Under the pieces are notes generated by a model that saw only the letters and a program-made list of their open reading frames with translations, ran no database searches and was not told the DNA's origin. A program made the position numbers and the translations under genes. This document shows, piece after piece, positions 20,130 through 29,578 of a stretch of DNA of 55,141 bases. Source of the DNA: an uncultured virus (IMG/VR IMGVR_UViG_3300036770_004513) (taxonomy: Duplodnaviria > Heunggongvirae > Uroviricota > Caudoviricetes). The stretch lies in IMG/VR virus record IMGVR_UViG_3300036770_004513; one strand, given 5' to 3'. How positions within the stretch are numbered: the first letter of the stretch is position 1; every line of letters begins with the position of its first letter.

Positions 20130-22948
20130 AAGATGTTATACATCTCCTGAACTAACCATCTTCTTGTACTACCAGCCATCGGTGAAATAGTAGTCATTGG
20201 TGGTATCGTATTTCCCGATGATTTACCAACACTAGGAGTGCCAGATGTTATTGCAGGTAAAGTCATAACCTGAGACATTGAAGGTCCCATTGCCATTGGT
20301 GGCATAAGAGCCTCTTGTTTTGGTGATGCCTGTAATCTAGCAGGTTCTGAGGTTCTATCTAATTGACCTACGATGTTATCAATAATGTTTACACCACCTC
20401 TTTGAACAACTGTCTTGGGAATAACATAAACTTGCTCCCCTGCCTGGGCGAGAAATGGTGTTACTGAGGTTTCATTGTGTAGGAGTATTGGATGCCTGTC
20501 ATCACTGCGACCACCAAAAGTGGGTAAATCGGCAGAAACCACCATTCCACCACGACGCTTACCAACCCACTTCCTAGGGTCCCACCAGGCCCTCTGAGGG
20601 GCCTTAGAGCGGGTGGCGGCAGCAGATGGCCTTGGGGCACCTAATAGCATTTTGGCTACACTAGGTTTGGGTTTTTTCTTGGGTAGGACATTAACAGGAA
20701 CTGGCGCAGGGATTGATCCTCTTTCTTTATGATAAGGCGTTCCTTCAGTTGTCCAATGCGAGAAGAAATTATGTTTTTTACTTCTAACAACATCTCCAGG
20801 TTTCATGTTATCGTGGTACTTTGTTCCTAAGAAGAAAGTTCTACCTTGAACGTGCTTTCTAGCATTTTTTTGAAACTCAGGGTTCTTTAAATACTGATCC
20901 GTTTCTGTAATAACTCTTAAGGCGTGTTCTACTGGAATCTTTTTGTACCTGGAAAGTGCAATAGCAGCAGTATTTCTATCCTTAATGTTTAACCAATCTT
21001 CTCTATTTTTAAAGGTCGGTTCAAATTGCTTATTACCAGTAATTAGGTTTTTGATAGTATTCTTGCCATCAGTAGGAAGAAAGTTTTCACCATAATTCTT
21101 TGCAGCATAGAGTCTATTATAAATTGCCTGGGCAACATCAGCCCTACCTTGAGGATTAGCAAAATCTTCAGCAGCAGAAATAGCAAGAAGGGCACTATAA
21201 TCTGCCTCACTAATGGATGGATTTTTGGCCCCAACCATACCACCACCGCTCATACCAATAAGTTTAGAACCTAGATTTCTTGGTTTATTGGCATTAGGTC
21301 CACCAAATAAAGAGTTAAGTGCGAGTAGATTGTTTGCACCAACAGCCTTTACAGCCTGAGTATTCATTACAATTTCACCTGGCTTAAGGGCTGTTAATTG
21401 TGTATCCTCACCAGCACCGCTAATTCTAACACCTGTTCTATTATCGACAAGTCCACCACCGGCATAGGTCAGGGGCAGAGAGCCAGAAAATTTATAACCT
21501 TTAGCCTCACCAGTTTCTAAGAATTGTATTTGTTCATCAATTTCAGAACCCTTTCCCTGAAGTCTTTCAAAGAAATTTAAATTTTCTTTTTGCTTTTTTA
21601 ATTCGGCTATTTTTTCTTCTTTAGTTCCAGGTGCCTCCTCTATCTCTTTTTCTTTAGCTCCTTCAAGCCCTGGGAACAATTTAGGAATAATATAACCAGC
21701 AGAAAATAAAGCAGCTGCAGCAAGAGCTAAAGGATTTTTTAATAATAAGAACTTAGCACTCCAAAAGGTTAATTTGGCAAGAGTCTTAAGAATAAACCCT
21801 TTAAATGGAACAAAGAAAAAGGCTATTGCCCCAGCTATGAGTGGCCAGAAATCCTTAAGGAATCGACCTAATGACTTAACCTTATCTGAATTCTTAGGAT
21901 CATTAAACCATTTTATAAAGTCGCTAAATGCCCTACCTAAGAAAGTATAAAAAATGAATTGCCAAATTTTTTCAAAGATACTCTTAATAGGAGTAAAGAC
22001 TTTTTCTAGAACTTTACTATTAATCTTCTTGGCTTGCTCAAGTATTCCTTCCCTCTTTTTTCGTCTTTGGTTTTCTGCTTCTTTACGACTTATTTTCCCA
22101 ATTTTAATAACAAAGGCGTTTTGCTTCTTTAGAATCTCTAAGATGCCTCCTAAGGACTTATTGATCTCAACTAAGGTATCAGTATCAAGTCCACCAGTTC
22201 CTTGAGTTCTAGGAGTTCTGATTGATCTAGGTTGCCTTGTTTTACGAGTTGATTGTCTTTGTGTAGAGCTACTGGGAGCACTGGGGGCAACCTGAGCAGC
22301 AACAATGTTAATAGTAACTCTTGCCTTGGCAGACGTACCTTTATCATTTCTTACAACAACTTCAAAAGATTTACTACCAATCCTGGCTGCAACCAAGGTA
22401 ACAGAACCACTTAATTCATTACTTGCAATAGGTTGAGGAAAGCCGGCTGATCTTGAGACGTGATTTGCGTTTTCAGACTTCCAGGTTACAGTATAAGAAT
22501 CCCCTTTTTGTACTTCAGTTTTATCAAGAGTAACTGTTACTTTAGGTGGGTCAACTCTACTTCTTGATCCTGATCGGCTGATTATTCCACTTTTAAGTTT
22601 GAGAGTATTATCGGTTGCCGGGGTGTTTTGAGATGGTCTGTTTGTATCTGGTTTATTGCTTTCTAATTCTGTGATTTCATAAAGAATCTTAAGATGCAAT
22701 GCGCCTGGCCGGCCGCCACTTTTTGAGGCCTTTTCGGTTTCTGCATCAAATCTTTTTCTATTATTAGGTGATAAAAAATCACCATTAGCTTTTATGTTAT
22801 TCTTACACCATAAGATCGCATAATAATAGTATTTGTCCTTGGTGCCAATACCTAACTCTTGGACAAAATCTTTCGCCATTGCCAATTCAGCAGGCGAAAG
22901 ATTAAGGTCCTTGATGTCAGGTGCTTTTGTATTGGCTGCCCTAGGCAT
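20126..22948 (-). CDS. Large virion protein (tape-measure-like paralog) with Ig-like and cell-wall-hydrolase-like domains
   Basis: VTVTLDKTEV..GDSYTVTWKS Ig-like segment; hydrophobic helices; ISAAED..QGRADVAQAIYNR...QFEP Hydrolase_2-like; shares RAWWDPRxWVGKxRGG with the neighbouring gene. Confidence 0.65.
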   Translation of the reverse strand: MPRAANTKAPDIKDLNLSPAELAMAKDFVQELGIGTKDKYYYYAILWCKNNIKANGDFLSPNNRKRFDAETEKASKSGGRPGALHLKILYEITELESNKPDTNRPSQNTPATDNTLKLKSGIISRSGSRSRVDPPKVTVTLDKTEVQKGDSYTVTWKSENANHVSRSAGFPQPIASNELSGSVTLVAARIGSKSFEVVVRNDKGTSAKARVTINIVAAQVAPSAPSSSTQRQSTRKTRQPRSIRTPRTQGTGGLDTDTLVEINKSLGGILEILKKQNAFVIKIGKISRKEAENQRRKKREGILEQAKKINSKVLEKVFTPIKSIFEKIWQFIFYTFLGRAFSDFIKWFNDPKNSDKVKSLGRFLKDFWPLIAGAIAFFFVPFKGFILKTLAKLTFWSAKFLLLKNPLALAAAALFSAGYIIPKLFPGLEGAKEKEIEEAPGTKEEKIAELKKQKENLNFFERLQGKGSEIDEQIQFLETGEAKGYKFSGSLPLTYAGGGLVDNRTGVRISGAGEDTQLTALKPGEIVMNTQAVKAVGANNLLALNSLFGGPNANKPRNLGSKLIGMSGGGMVGAKNPSISEADYSALLAISAAEDFANPQGRADVAQAIYNRLYAAKNYGENFLPTDGKNTIKNLITGNKQFEPTFKNREDWLNIKDRNTAAIALSRYKKIPVEHALRVITETDQYLKNPEFQKNARKHVQGRTFFLGTKYHDNMKPGDVVRSKKHNFFSHWTTEGTPYHKERGSIPAPVPVNVLPKKKPKPSVAKMLLGAPRPSAAATRSKAPQRAWWDPRKWVGKRRGGMVVSADLPTFGGRSDDRHPILLHNETSVTPFLAQAGEQVYVIPKTVVQRGGVNIIDNIVGQLDRTSEPARLQASPKQEALMPPMAMGPSMSQVMTLPAITSGTPSVGKSSGNTIPPMTTISPMAGSTRRWLVQEMYNIL

Positions 22949-22969
22949 TATAATACACTACATTATAAT

Positions 22970-23119
22970 CTATTTATAGGACTGTTGCTGTTGTAATTGT
23001 TTTGCTTTTTCTTCTTCTAGGTGTTGCTTTAACATTTCACACATAGCATCCAATTCCCAAGGCATCGAACTATCAACCCAATTAGGATCCCACTTATGGT
23101 ATTGAACAAGAGCAAACAT
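22970..23119 (-). CDS. Baseplate hub assembly protein gp51-like (49 aa from ATG; possibly reached by frameshift from gp26)
   Basis: Read by hand: MFALVQYHKWDPNWVDSSMPWELDAMCEMLKQHLEEE; FALxQxHK...MPWE motif and position right after gp26. Confidence 0.75.
   Translation of the reverse strand: MFALVQYHKWDPNWVDSSMPWELDAMCEMLKQHLEEEKAKQLQQQQSYK
22971..22978 (-). promoter_or_regulatory. T4-type late promoter TATAAATA
   Basis: Exact consensus 22 nt upstream of the ATG at 22948. Confidence 0.75.
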
Positions 23120-23157
23120 TCTCCTATAATAAAATTCAAGAGATGTATGGGAAAGGG

Positions 23158-23925
23158 CTAGATAAAAAAATCAACGATACCTCTTAGGGTAACTTCTCTT
23201 TCTTCTGGAACTTCTTCACCATCAACCTCAACTGTTCTTGTTGGGTGTTGAACCTTAATCGTATGCCTTAGTTGGGGCATTGTATCCAAGAATTCTTGAA
23301 TCTTCTCAAATTGACTGGGCATAAGATCGCCAATAAAGGAAAGAACTTCTTCCTTACCCACGTCTTCTGCAACCCAAATATCCTCACCTTTGCAGATTTT
23401 ATCCACGCAAGAAGCAACAAGATCGAGACCTTTTTCCAGTTTATCGTTATTGGTTGTTGGCATCTCAAACTGCTCTTCAATAAAGTAATCAAAGGTGGGA
23501 TAACGCATAATCATTGACATTTCATCATCAAGTTTAATAACCTTATTATGGCCTTTCGTTTCTTGGACTTTAATGTCATTAATGTTGATCTTTACATCAA
23601 CATAAGTTTCTTCCTCATCGTCAGGATAGAGCACTTTAAGCTCGATCTCTTCACCAACAGCCTTAGAACGAATGTTTAGAAAGAGGTATTCAATGTCGAA
23701 TGTTGATAATTTTTCAACATCAACATCCTTTGTCATAATGCAATTTTCAAGGATGAGTTTAATTGCATTACCAATTTCTGTAATGTCCTCACTTTCCATT
23801 GCGATGGAAAGGACCTTTTCTTCTTTTGCTAGGTATGGACGGAATTTGATCTTCTTCTTAATAGATGGAATAACAAGTTCGTAAACAGGATGTACTGGAC
23901 GTGGTAAAATTGACATACAAATCAA
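23158..23925 (-). CDS. Baseplate hub subunit gp26-like
   Basis: PVYELVIPS...KFRPYLAKEEKVL...FDIEYLFLNIRSKAVGE motif. Confidence 0.85.
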   Translation of the reverse strand: MICMSILPRPVHPVYELVIPSIKKKIKFRPYLAKEEKVLSIAMESEDITEIGNAIKLILENCIMTKDVDVEKLSTFDIEYLFLNIRSKAVGEEIELKVLYPDDEEETYVDVKININDIKVQETKGHNKVIKLDDEMSMIMRYPTFDYFIEEQFEMPTTNNDKLEKGLDLVASCVDKICKGEDIWVAEDVGKEEVLSFIGDLMPSQFEKIQEFLDTMPQLRHTIKVQHPTRTVEVDGEEVPEEREVTLRGIVDFFI

Positions 23926-23944
23926 TGACTATGGGTTTGTTTAT

Positions 23945-24736
23945 TTAGCCTGTGAATGGAACAACTGGAATTGGAACAGGACCAGTAGGTGGTTCTGGGA
24001 ATGTTGGTTGAACCTGAGGTTGAATGGGTGTGTTGGGTCTAGGTAGAACTGTTGAGTGCTTTCTGGTTCTTATAACATACCGAGTATAAGTAAATGAAAC
24101 GGTACATTGTAATACCTGGGTTGATTCATAAGATACGGGAATGCTATTAACCGAAAGTGGGTAGGCATTAAGAAAACGATACTCTAAGTAATTTCCCTTA
24201 AAGTCTTTTTCGAATTTATTGACTACAATGTAAGGACTTCTATAATCATCTGGAAAGTTCATCCGATAAAAATAATTCGGATCGTCTAGACCAGCGGTGC
24301 GATCACCACTATCTCCGTATTGCTCATTGGCAACGTATTGTGTCCATAATTCAAAGAACAATAAGACTCTATAGTTAGTCCCATCATCTTTACCATTGAC
24401 AGAATTATCAACAATAAAGGTAAATTCTGATCTATCATCGTATTGTCTACGATGGGCAAATCGTTCGGTTACACCAGTATAATCGTCATTAATTTCTGTG
24501 GTTGCAAATGTTGAACCAGGCAAGGATGCCTCAGTGCAATTAAGACTGATTAACTCAAAAGTAGAGGGATCAAGAACTAGGTCAATACCTGCTGCTTTTT
24601 TATCTCGAATCCAATCTATTACTGGAGATGGTGGTGGGAACCAACATTGATAATTAGACGAAGTGGCAGGCCTTAAGATTTTACTCTTAAGACTTACCAT
24701 ACTATGGTCTTTTGGGGGAAAAACGGGATTACCCAC
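23945..24736 (-). CDS. Tail tube/baseplate-tube initiator (gp54/gp19-like fold)
   Basis: CTEASLPG...YRFLNAYPLSVNSIPVSYE...CTVSFTY tube-protein motifs. Confidence 0.65.
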   Translation of the reverse strand: MGNPVFPPKDHSMVSLKSKILRPATSSNYQCWFPPPSPVIDWIRDKKAAGIDLVLDPSTFELISLNCTEASLPGSTFATTEINDDYTGVTERFAHRRQYDDRSEFTFIVDNSVNGKDDGTNYRVLLFFELWTQYVANEQYGDSGDRTAGLDDPNYFYRMNFPDDYRSPYIVVNKFEKDFKGNYLEYRFLNAYPLSVNSIPVSYESTQVLQCTVSFTYTRYVIRTRKHSTVLPRPNTPIQPQVQPTFPEPPTGPVPIPVVPFTG

Positions 24737-24770
24737 TAAATAACTTATAGATTATCTTTAGTATTTAGTG
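24734..24770. promoter_or_regulatory. Pair of opposing late promoters (CTAAATA on each strand)
   Basis: cactaaata (24734-24742) and tatttagtg (24762-24770) form an inverted repeat; each TAAATA lies about 25 nt upstream of the far gene's GTG. Confidence 0.6.
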
Positions 24771-25223
24771 ACCGAAAAGAACTGGAGACAAGACTTTTTT
24801 ACACCAAGAAATCCTCAAAAATACATTGGGGATTTAAAGGAAATTGTTTTTCGTTCTTCTTGGGAAAAAAGATTTTTTGAGTTCTGTGATGAGACAAGCA
24901 GTATAAAGAAATGGTCCAGTGAACCATTCTCGATTCAGTATTGGGATGAATCAACAATGAAATCCAGACGTTATTTTCCTGATGCCTACATGATTGTTGA
25001 GGATGCTCAAGGAAACGAGAAAAAGTATCTTGTTGAGATTAAACCTTATAAGCAAACCATTCCACCAAAAGAAGGCAGAAAGAAGACGCAAACCTACTTA
25101 AATGAATGTCGTACTTATGAAAAGAACGAATCCAAGTGGAAATTTGCAAGAGAATTTTGTGAAAAGAATGATCTAGAATTTATGATTATCACTGAATACG
25201 AATTAGGTCTTGCTAAACGATAA
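24768..25223 (+). CDS. Head completion protein gp4-like (TnsA-like nuclease fold)
   Basis: PRNPQKYIGD..IVFRSSWE..F...WSSE...RYFPD...LVEIKP...KW. Confidence 0.9.
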   Translation: MTEKNWRQDFFTPRNPQKYIGDLKEIVFRSSWEKRFFEFCDETSSIKKWSSEPFSIQYWDESTMKSRRYFPDAYMIVEDAQGNEKKYLVEIKPYKQTIPPKEGRKKTQTYLNECRTYEKNESKWKFAREFCEKNDLEFMIITEYELGLAKR

Positions 25224-25789
25224 TGTTTAATCTAAACAAAGCAACTCGCTGGGTCCTTAAGTGGATTGAAACCAATCTAAAGTTTGCAAACCTTATTGGT
25301 AGGGCAAAGAGACTTAAGTTTGAAAAGGATCAGGCACAGATAAGGCCAGATGTTAGTGGGACTTCTTTATCCAATACAACAAAAGAAGAACTAGTTCGTA
25401 GGGGGCAGCAGCTTTATTCTGTTAAGGAATTGGTTGAACGGATGCCTTCTGGTAAAAGCCCTGATTATTATTGGGATAAGTTAGTTGAGGTTCTTCAGAA
25501 TCTAGGCAGACAAGAAGAAACCTTAGAAGTTGGAAAGTATTATACTTTTAAGTATTGGGCAAAAACTCGTGGTAAGTATTTTGATGTTTATCCAGTTTCG
25601 ATTATTGTTGATAAGAAAATGCACCACTTAATGGGTGTTAATCTACATTGGAGAGATGCACCGCAGTATGTTGAAAGTATGTATCGTAATTATGTTTATA
25701 GTGGCTTTCAATCTAGATTTTATGAGATTAAAGAATGGGAATTAGAGTATGTCTTAAGACTACAAACATTCTACCCTATTAAGCTCTAA
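25223..25789 (+). CDS. Conserved T4-like protein, probably DNA end protector gp2-like
   Basis: VGKYYTFKYWAKT..YFDVYP...GVNLHW motif; synteny with gp4 and gp48. Confidence 0.5.
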   Translation: MFNLNKATRWVLKWIETNLKFANLIGRAKRLKFEKDQAQIRPDVSGTSLSNTTKEELVRRGQQLYSVKELVERMPSGKSPDYYWDKLVEVLQNLGRQEETLEVGKYYTFKYWAKTRGKYFDVYPVSIIVDKKMHHLMGVNLHWRDAPQYVESMYRNYVYSGFQSRFYEIKEWELEYVLRLQTFYPIKL

Positions 25790-25810
25790 ATAATAAAAAG
25801 AGAAGTCTGA

Positions 25811-26782
25811 ATGGCTGGCATTACAGGGGCAACCCTAACATCAATACCCAATTCTAAGATCAGTAGGCCAGAACACCATCCTAGTGGGAATTTGATTTAT
25901 CCTATTGATATGAAGGATGATGGTGCAGTGCCTGGTCAGGATAGAATAAGTTTTTCTCTTTATAAGTACAAAAAAGCAATCAACAATACAATAGGTCCTA
26001 ATCAAAATAGTTCAAATTTACCGTTTCCAAATGTATCAGAAAGACTAGACGAAACCAAGAACTTTGAATCCACATCTATTCGCCTAAGAGCAACAAAAGA
26101 AGATCAGGTGTATGTAACTAGGGTCTTTCTTCCTGTTCAAGATAAAATCCAAGATCAAAATAGTGTAACTTGGGGGGAGGGTACCTTAAACGACGCGCAA
26201 AGAAGGCTCGCTAACCTTTCTTTTAAAGCTATGACCCCAACCCAAAAAGGTTTTGTAGATGCTGGTGCTGAATTAGGTGAATTTTTTGAGGCCAGTAAGA
26301 CCTTGGGTAAAATTTATGCAGTAGAACAAGCAATTTCAGTTCAAAACCTACTATCAAGAGCAACTGCATCTATCCTCAATCCTAACCTAGAGTTGCTGTT
26401 TGAAAAGCCCACTTTAAGACCTTTCACATTTAATTTCAGACTTTCCCCAAGAAGTGAAAAAGAGGCAGGCGCAGTAAAAAACATTATCAAATTTTTTAAG
26501 ACGGGAATGGCCCCAATTTCTGTTCCTAACAATTTATTCTTAAAAGCGCCCTATGTCTTTAAAATAAAGTATCATTATGGGTCTAAAAAAGAAGACCACC
26601 CTGGCATCAATAAGATCAAAATGTGTGCATTGCAAAGTTGTGTGACCGATTATACACCAAACAATGTTTACATGACTTATAAGGATGGAACAATGATTTC
26701 TTATAACATCAATCTAACATTCCAAGAACTCATTCCTCTTTATGATGTTGATTATAACGACGATCACTCGATTGGATACTGA
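25811..26782 (+). CDS. Baseplate tail tube cap gp48-like
   Basis: ILNPNLELLFEKPTLRPFTFNFRLSPRSEKEA...CAL...DYTP...LTFQEL. Confidence 0.85.
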   Translation: MAGITGATLTSIPNSKISRPEHHPSGNLIYPIDMKDDGAVPGQDRISFSLYKYKKAINNTIGPNQNSSNLPFPNVSERLDETKNFESTSIRLRATKEDQVYVTRVFLPVQDKIQDQNSVTWGEGTLNDAQRRLANLSFKAMTPTQKGFVDAGAELGEFFEASKTLGKIYAVEQAISVQNLLSRATASILNPNLELLFEKPTLRPFTFNFRLSPRSEKEAGAVKNIIKFFKTGMAPISVPNNLFLKAPYVFKIKYHYGSKKEDHPGINKIKMCALQSCVTDYTPNNVYMTYKDGTMISYNINLTFQELIPLYDVDYNDDHSIGY

Positions 26783-27492
26783 TGGCACATTACTTCTCTT
26801 ACGTTTCTGATTTTAATTACATCAGTCTTTTACCAGAGGCAAAGATTTCTGACTACATTACAGTCAAAAATTTCTTTAGACGCGGGCAGATTGCACCACA
26901 GATTTTTACTAATCTTGCATACTTTGAGGACTACACTATTGAAGGTGATGAGAGAGCAGATCAGGTTGCCGATAAGTTCTATAATGATCCTACCCTTGAT
27001 TGGATTGTTTTCCTTTCCAATAACATTATTAATGTCCAATCAGAATGGCCTCTGCCATCTTATGTCTTTGATAAGGTAATGCTAGAAAAGTATGGATCTT
27101 ATGAAAATCTCTATTCTGGTATTCATCATTATCAAACAGAAGAAATCAAAGATTCTTTGGGTAATGTAATGTTAAAGAGTGGAATCAGGGTTGGTTCTAC
27201 TTGGGATACAAGTGGTAATTTTATCAAGGATGGCAATGATTATTATTATGAGTTCTTCGATAGGGGCCTGGGTTATGTTGTCCAGACCCCTAGAAACGAG
27301 TTTGTTTTAGCAGTAACTAATTATGATTATGAGATGGACGAAGAGGATAAGAAAAGAAACATTTATCTACTCAAACCTCAATACATTAATATCCTTCTAG
27401 ATGACATTAATAACATTATGAAGTATAAAAAAAGCTCTCAGTATGAGAGCCGTACCCTTAAGAAAGGGGATAATATTCGCCTATACTCTTAG
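26782..27492 (+). CDS. Baseplate wedge subunit gp53-like
   Basis: YF...KNFFRR...ERADQVADKFYNDPTLDWIVFLSNNIIN...EWP...IHHY...KRNIYLLKP. Confidence 0.9.
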   Translation: MAHYFSYVSDFNYISLLPEAKISDYITVKNFFRRGQIAPQIFTNLAYFEDYTIEGDERADQVADKFYNDPTLDWIVFLSNNIINVQSEWPLPSYVFDKVMLEKYGSYENLYSGIHHYQTEEIKDSLGNVMLKSGIRVGSTWDTSGNFIKDGNDYYYEFFDRGLGYVVQTPRNEFVLAVTNYDYEMDEEDKKRNIYLLKPQYINILLDDINNIMKYKKSSQYESRTLKKGDNIRLYS

Positions 27493-28472
27493 AAAGGCAT
27501 TTCTTCGTCGTCATCATCTGCTAGTTCTTGGAAAGCGGAAACCGCATCCTCTACACTAGAGACAGTCTTAGGTGCTGATTTTTTCTTGTAATGATTAGCA
27601 AGTTCGCTCATTACATCAGCATCACTGATTTCTTCAGCCAGGGTATCAAGTTCTTTTTCTTGTGCCTGGACTGAATTAGCCCGTGGTGCTGCACCCATTA
27701 CACGATTAAGATTCTTTTGAATGTCCTCGTATGAATGGAACTTATCCTCACCAATAATTTCCTGGAGAGAATGACAACGGTTCCAGATTTCCTCTAGCTT
27801 ATTGTCATCACCACCAAGTAGGGCACCTTTTTGTTCAAAGGCACTTTCAGCATAATCAGGATAGGTTCGACCATTCTTTGAATCCTTGATCTCTTTTACG
27901 ACGATGCGGAAGTTAGCACCATCTTCAAAAAGGTCAAATGGTTCAATCACATTAGTATCGCCCTCGTACTTTGGCTTGCGGGCGTTTTCGATCTTCTCAA
28001 AGATTTTAACACCGCAGCGATAAAGCATCACTTGCCCTTCCAGTTCAGGATTAGCAGGGTTCTTCACAATGTAGACATTCATGTAATAAGAAGTCTTCAG
28101 TTTGCGAAGGGATGCAATGTCCTGATTTTCCTTGATTTCAGTTGCCCATAGTTCTCGGTTAGAGTCACAGATCGGACAATCGCGTTTGGTGCGACCAGGG
28201 GTATGTTTAGGGCAGTTTTCGTTGAGATACTTGCCGTTGTGATTGAAGTTGTGATTGACCAGCTTCACAAAGGCAGAAGGCTCATTCGGTGGGGGTGGAA
28301 GAAAGCGAACAATGGCGAAACCATTGCCAGTTTTCTTGTCTCGTTCCACGTTAAAGATACGCTCATCTCGTGAGGATGAGGCACTTGACATTTTTTCGGC
28401 TTCTTCTACGAGCTTTTTGGTCAGGTCGCCCATAGATGCGGCTTTTTTGAGTTGCTTAAAAGATGAATACAT
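27489..28472 (-). CDS. Single-stranded DNA-binding protein gp32
   Basis: DERI...GNGFAIVRFLP...ENC...CPIC...NPANPELEGQV...GANF; acidic C-terminal tail. Confidence 0.9.
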   Translation of the reverse strand: MYSSFKQLKKAASMGDLTKKLVEEAEKMSSASSSRDERIFNVERDKKTGNGFAIVRFLPPPPNEPSAFVKLVNHNFNHNGKYLNENCPKHTPGRTKRDCPICDSNRELWATEIKENQDIASLRKLKTSYYMNVYIVKNPANPELEGQVMLYRCGVKIFEKIENARKPKYEGDTNVIEPFDLFEDGANFRIVVKEIKDSKNGRTYPDYAESAFEQKGALLGGDDNKLEEIWNRCHSLQEIIGEDKFHSYEDIQKNLNRVMGAAPRANSVQAQEKELDTLAEEISDADVMSELANHYKKKSAPKTVSSVEDAVSAFQELADDDDEEMPF

Positions 28473-28533
28473 TTGGTTAAAAAAGATAAAAGTTAGCGTT
28501 GGAAGCTTTAGGGGTTTACCAACCCATCCTTAT

Positions 28534-29070
28534 TTAGTTTCGTTTCCGAGGAACTTCTAGTTCCTCCATAATAATTTGTTTGGGTAGGAAGTTCCAGCAA
28601 TAATAACTGCTAGAGAAGGTTATCTTATCATTGGGTCTTCCATCTGGGTTATTGAATTTCATTCTCTTATCAAACATTAAGAGTTGTAAGTCCTTGTCCT
28701 TAAACAATTGCTTCGGGGCACTGTCATTGAGCCAGGTGTTTGACATAATCAAGGCGAAAGGTTTATTGAAAGACAGAGCCTTATCGAAGAACTTTCTCTT
28801 GTTGGTAAAGGGCGGATTGGAAACAATAACATCCCAGTCAAAGTCTGGATTATAAGTGAGAAAGTCTTGTCCTAGTGAAATGTGTGTATTGATCACTGGA
28901 TTTTGTTGACTGATCTGAATGACAAATTGACTTTCCTCGGTATCAAAAGGGCACCATACAATGGCATTTTGGGGGATGTACTTGAGAATCGGTGTAACCC
29001 CGTAGGCTGGTGTTAAACATTCATCATTGTTACCATCTGAGTAAAGGACTGCCCTGCTGTCTATTGCCAC
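28534..29070 (-). CDS. Putative DNA adenine methyltransferase
   Basis: DE-x-x-TP, VWCPFD and IVSNPPF (motif IV). Confidence 0.75.
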   Translation of the reverse strand: MAIDSRAVLYSDGNNDECLTPAYGVTPILKYIPQNAIVWCPFDTEESQFVIQISQQNPVINTHISLGQDFLTYNPDFDWDVIVSNPPFTNKRKFFDKALSFNKPFALIMSNTWLNDSAPKQLFKDKDLQLLMFDKRMKFNNPDGRPNDKITFSSSYYCWNFLPKQIIMEELEVPRKRN

Positions 29071-29573
29071 TGTAATTGCTCTCCATAACGTTTAATTTCT
29101 GTTGATGATACAGTAGCAGAAAGTCTTGGATCCTTATAGACTTTGGATTTCTTTCTTTCCCAGTCTTTCTTTAGCTTGGGTAATAAGATCGTTAGCACAT
29201 CATTCGATGATAATTTCCAAATCTCTTCGATCTTGCTTTCATTATAACGAGCGATGTAGTGGTTGGCATACTTACCAATCTTTTCTTCAATCAAGTATCG
29301 TTCCTGCTCTTCCCAACTATCTTGAACACTGATTCCATTATAAGAACCATTGATAAGTCGGGCTGTTGTTGACTTGTATTCAGAACCACCATCCTCATCA
29401 AAGGCATCTGCTCCAGAATAAGTAGAGCAGATTTTATGTCCTAGGATACAAGCAAGATGGATTTCACGGGATCTGGCATAAGAGAAAGGATCACCCCATC
29501 CTTGCTCTTTACAAAGGTTATACAATTCTTCAAACAATCTTTGATATTTCTGTTCTGGTCTTTCATTACTCAT
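29061..29573 (-). CDS. Putative PD-(D/E)xK restriction endonuclease
   Basis: GADAFDEDGGSEYKS fits D-x(n)-ExK; lies between two methyltransferases. Confidence 0.55.
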   Translation of the reverse strand: MSNERPEQKYQRLFEELYNLCKEQGWGDPFSYARSREIHLACILGHKICSTYSGADAFDEDGGSEYKSTTARLINGSYNGISVQDSWEEQERYLIEEKIGKYANHYIARYNESKIEEIWKLSSNDVLTILLPKLKKDWERKKSKVYKDPRLSATVSSTEIKRYGEQLQWQ

Positions 29574-29578
29574 TTTTA

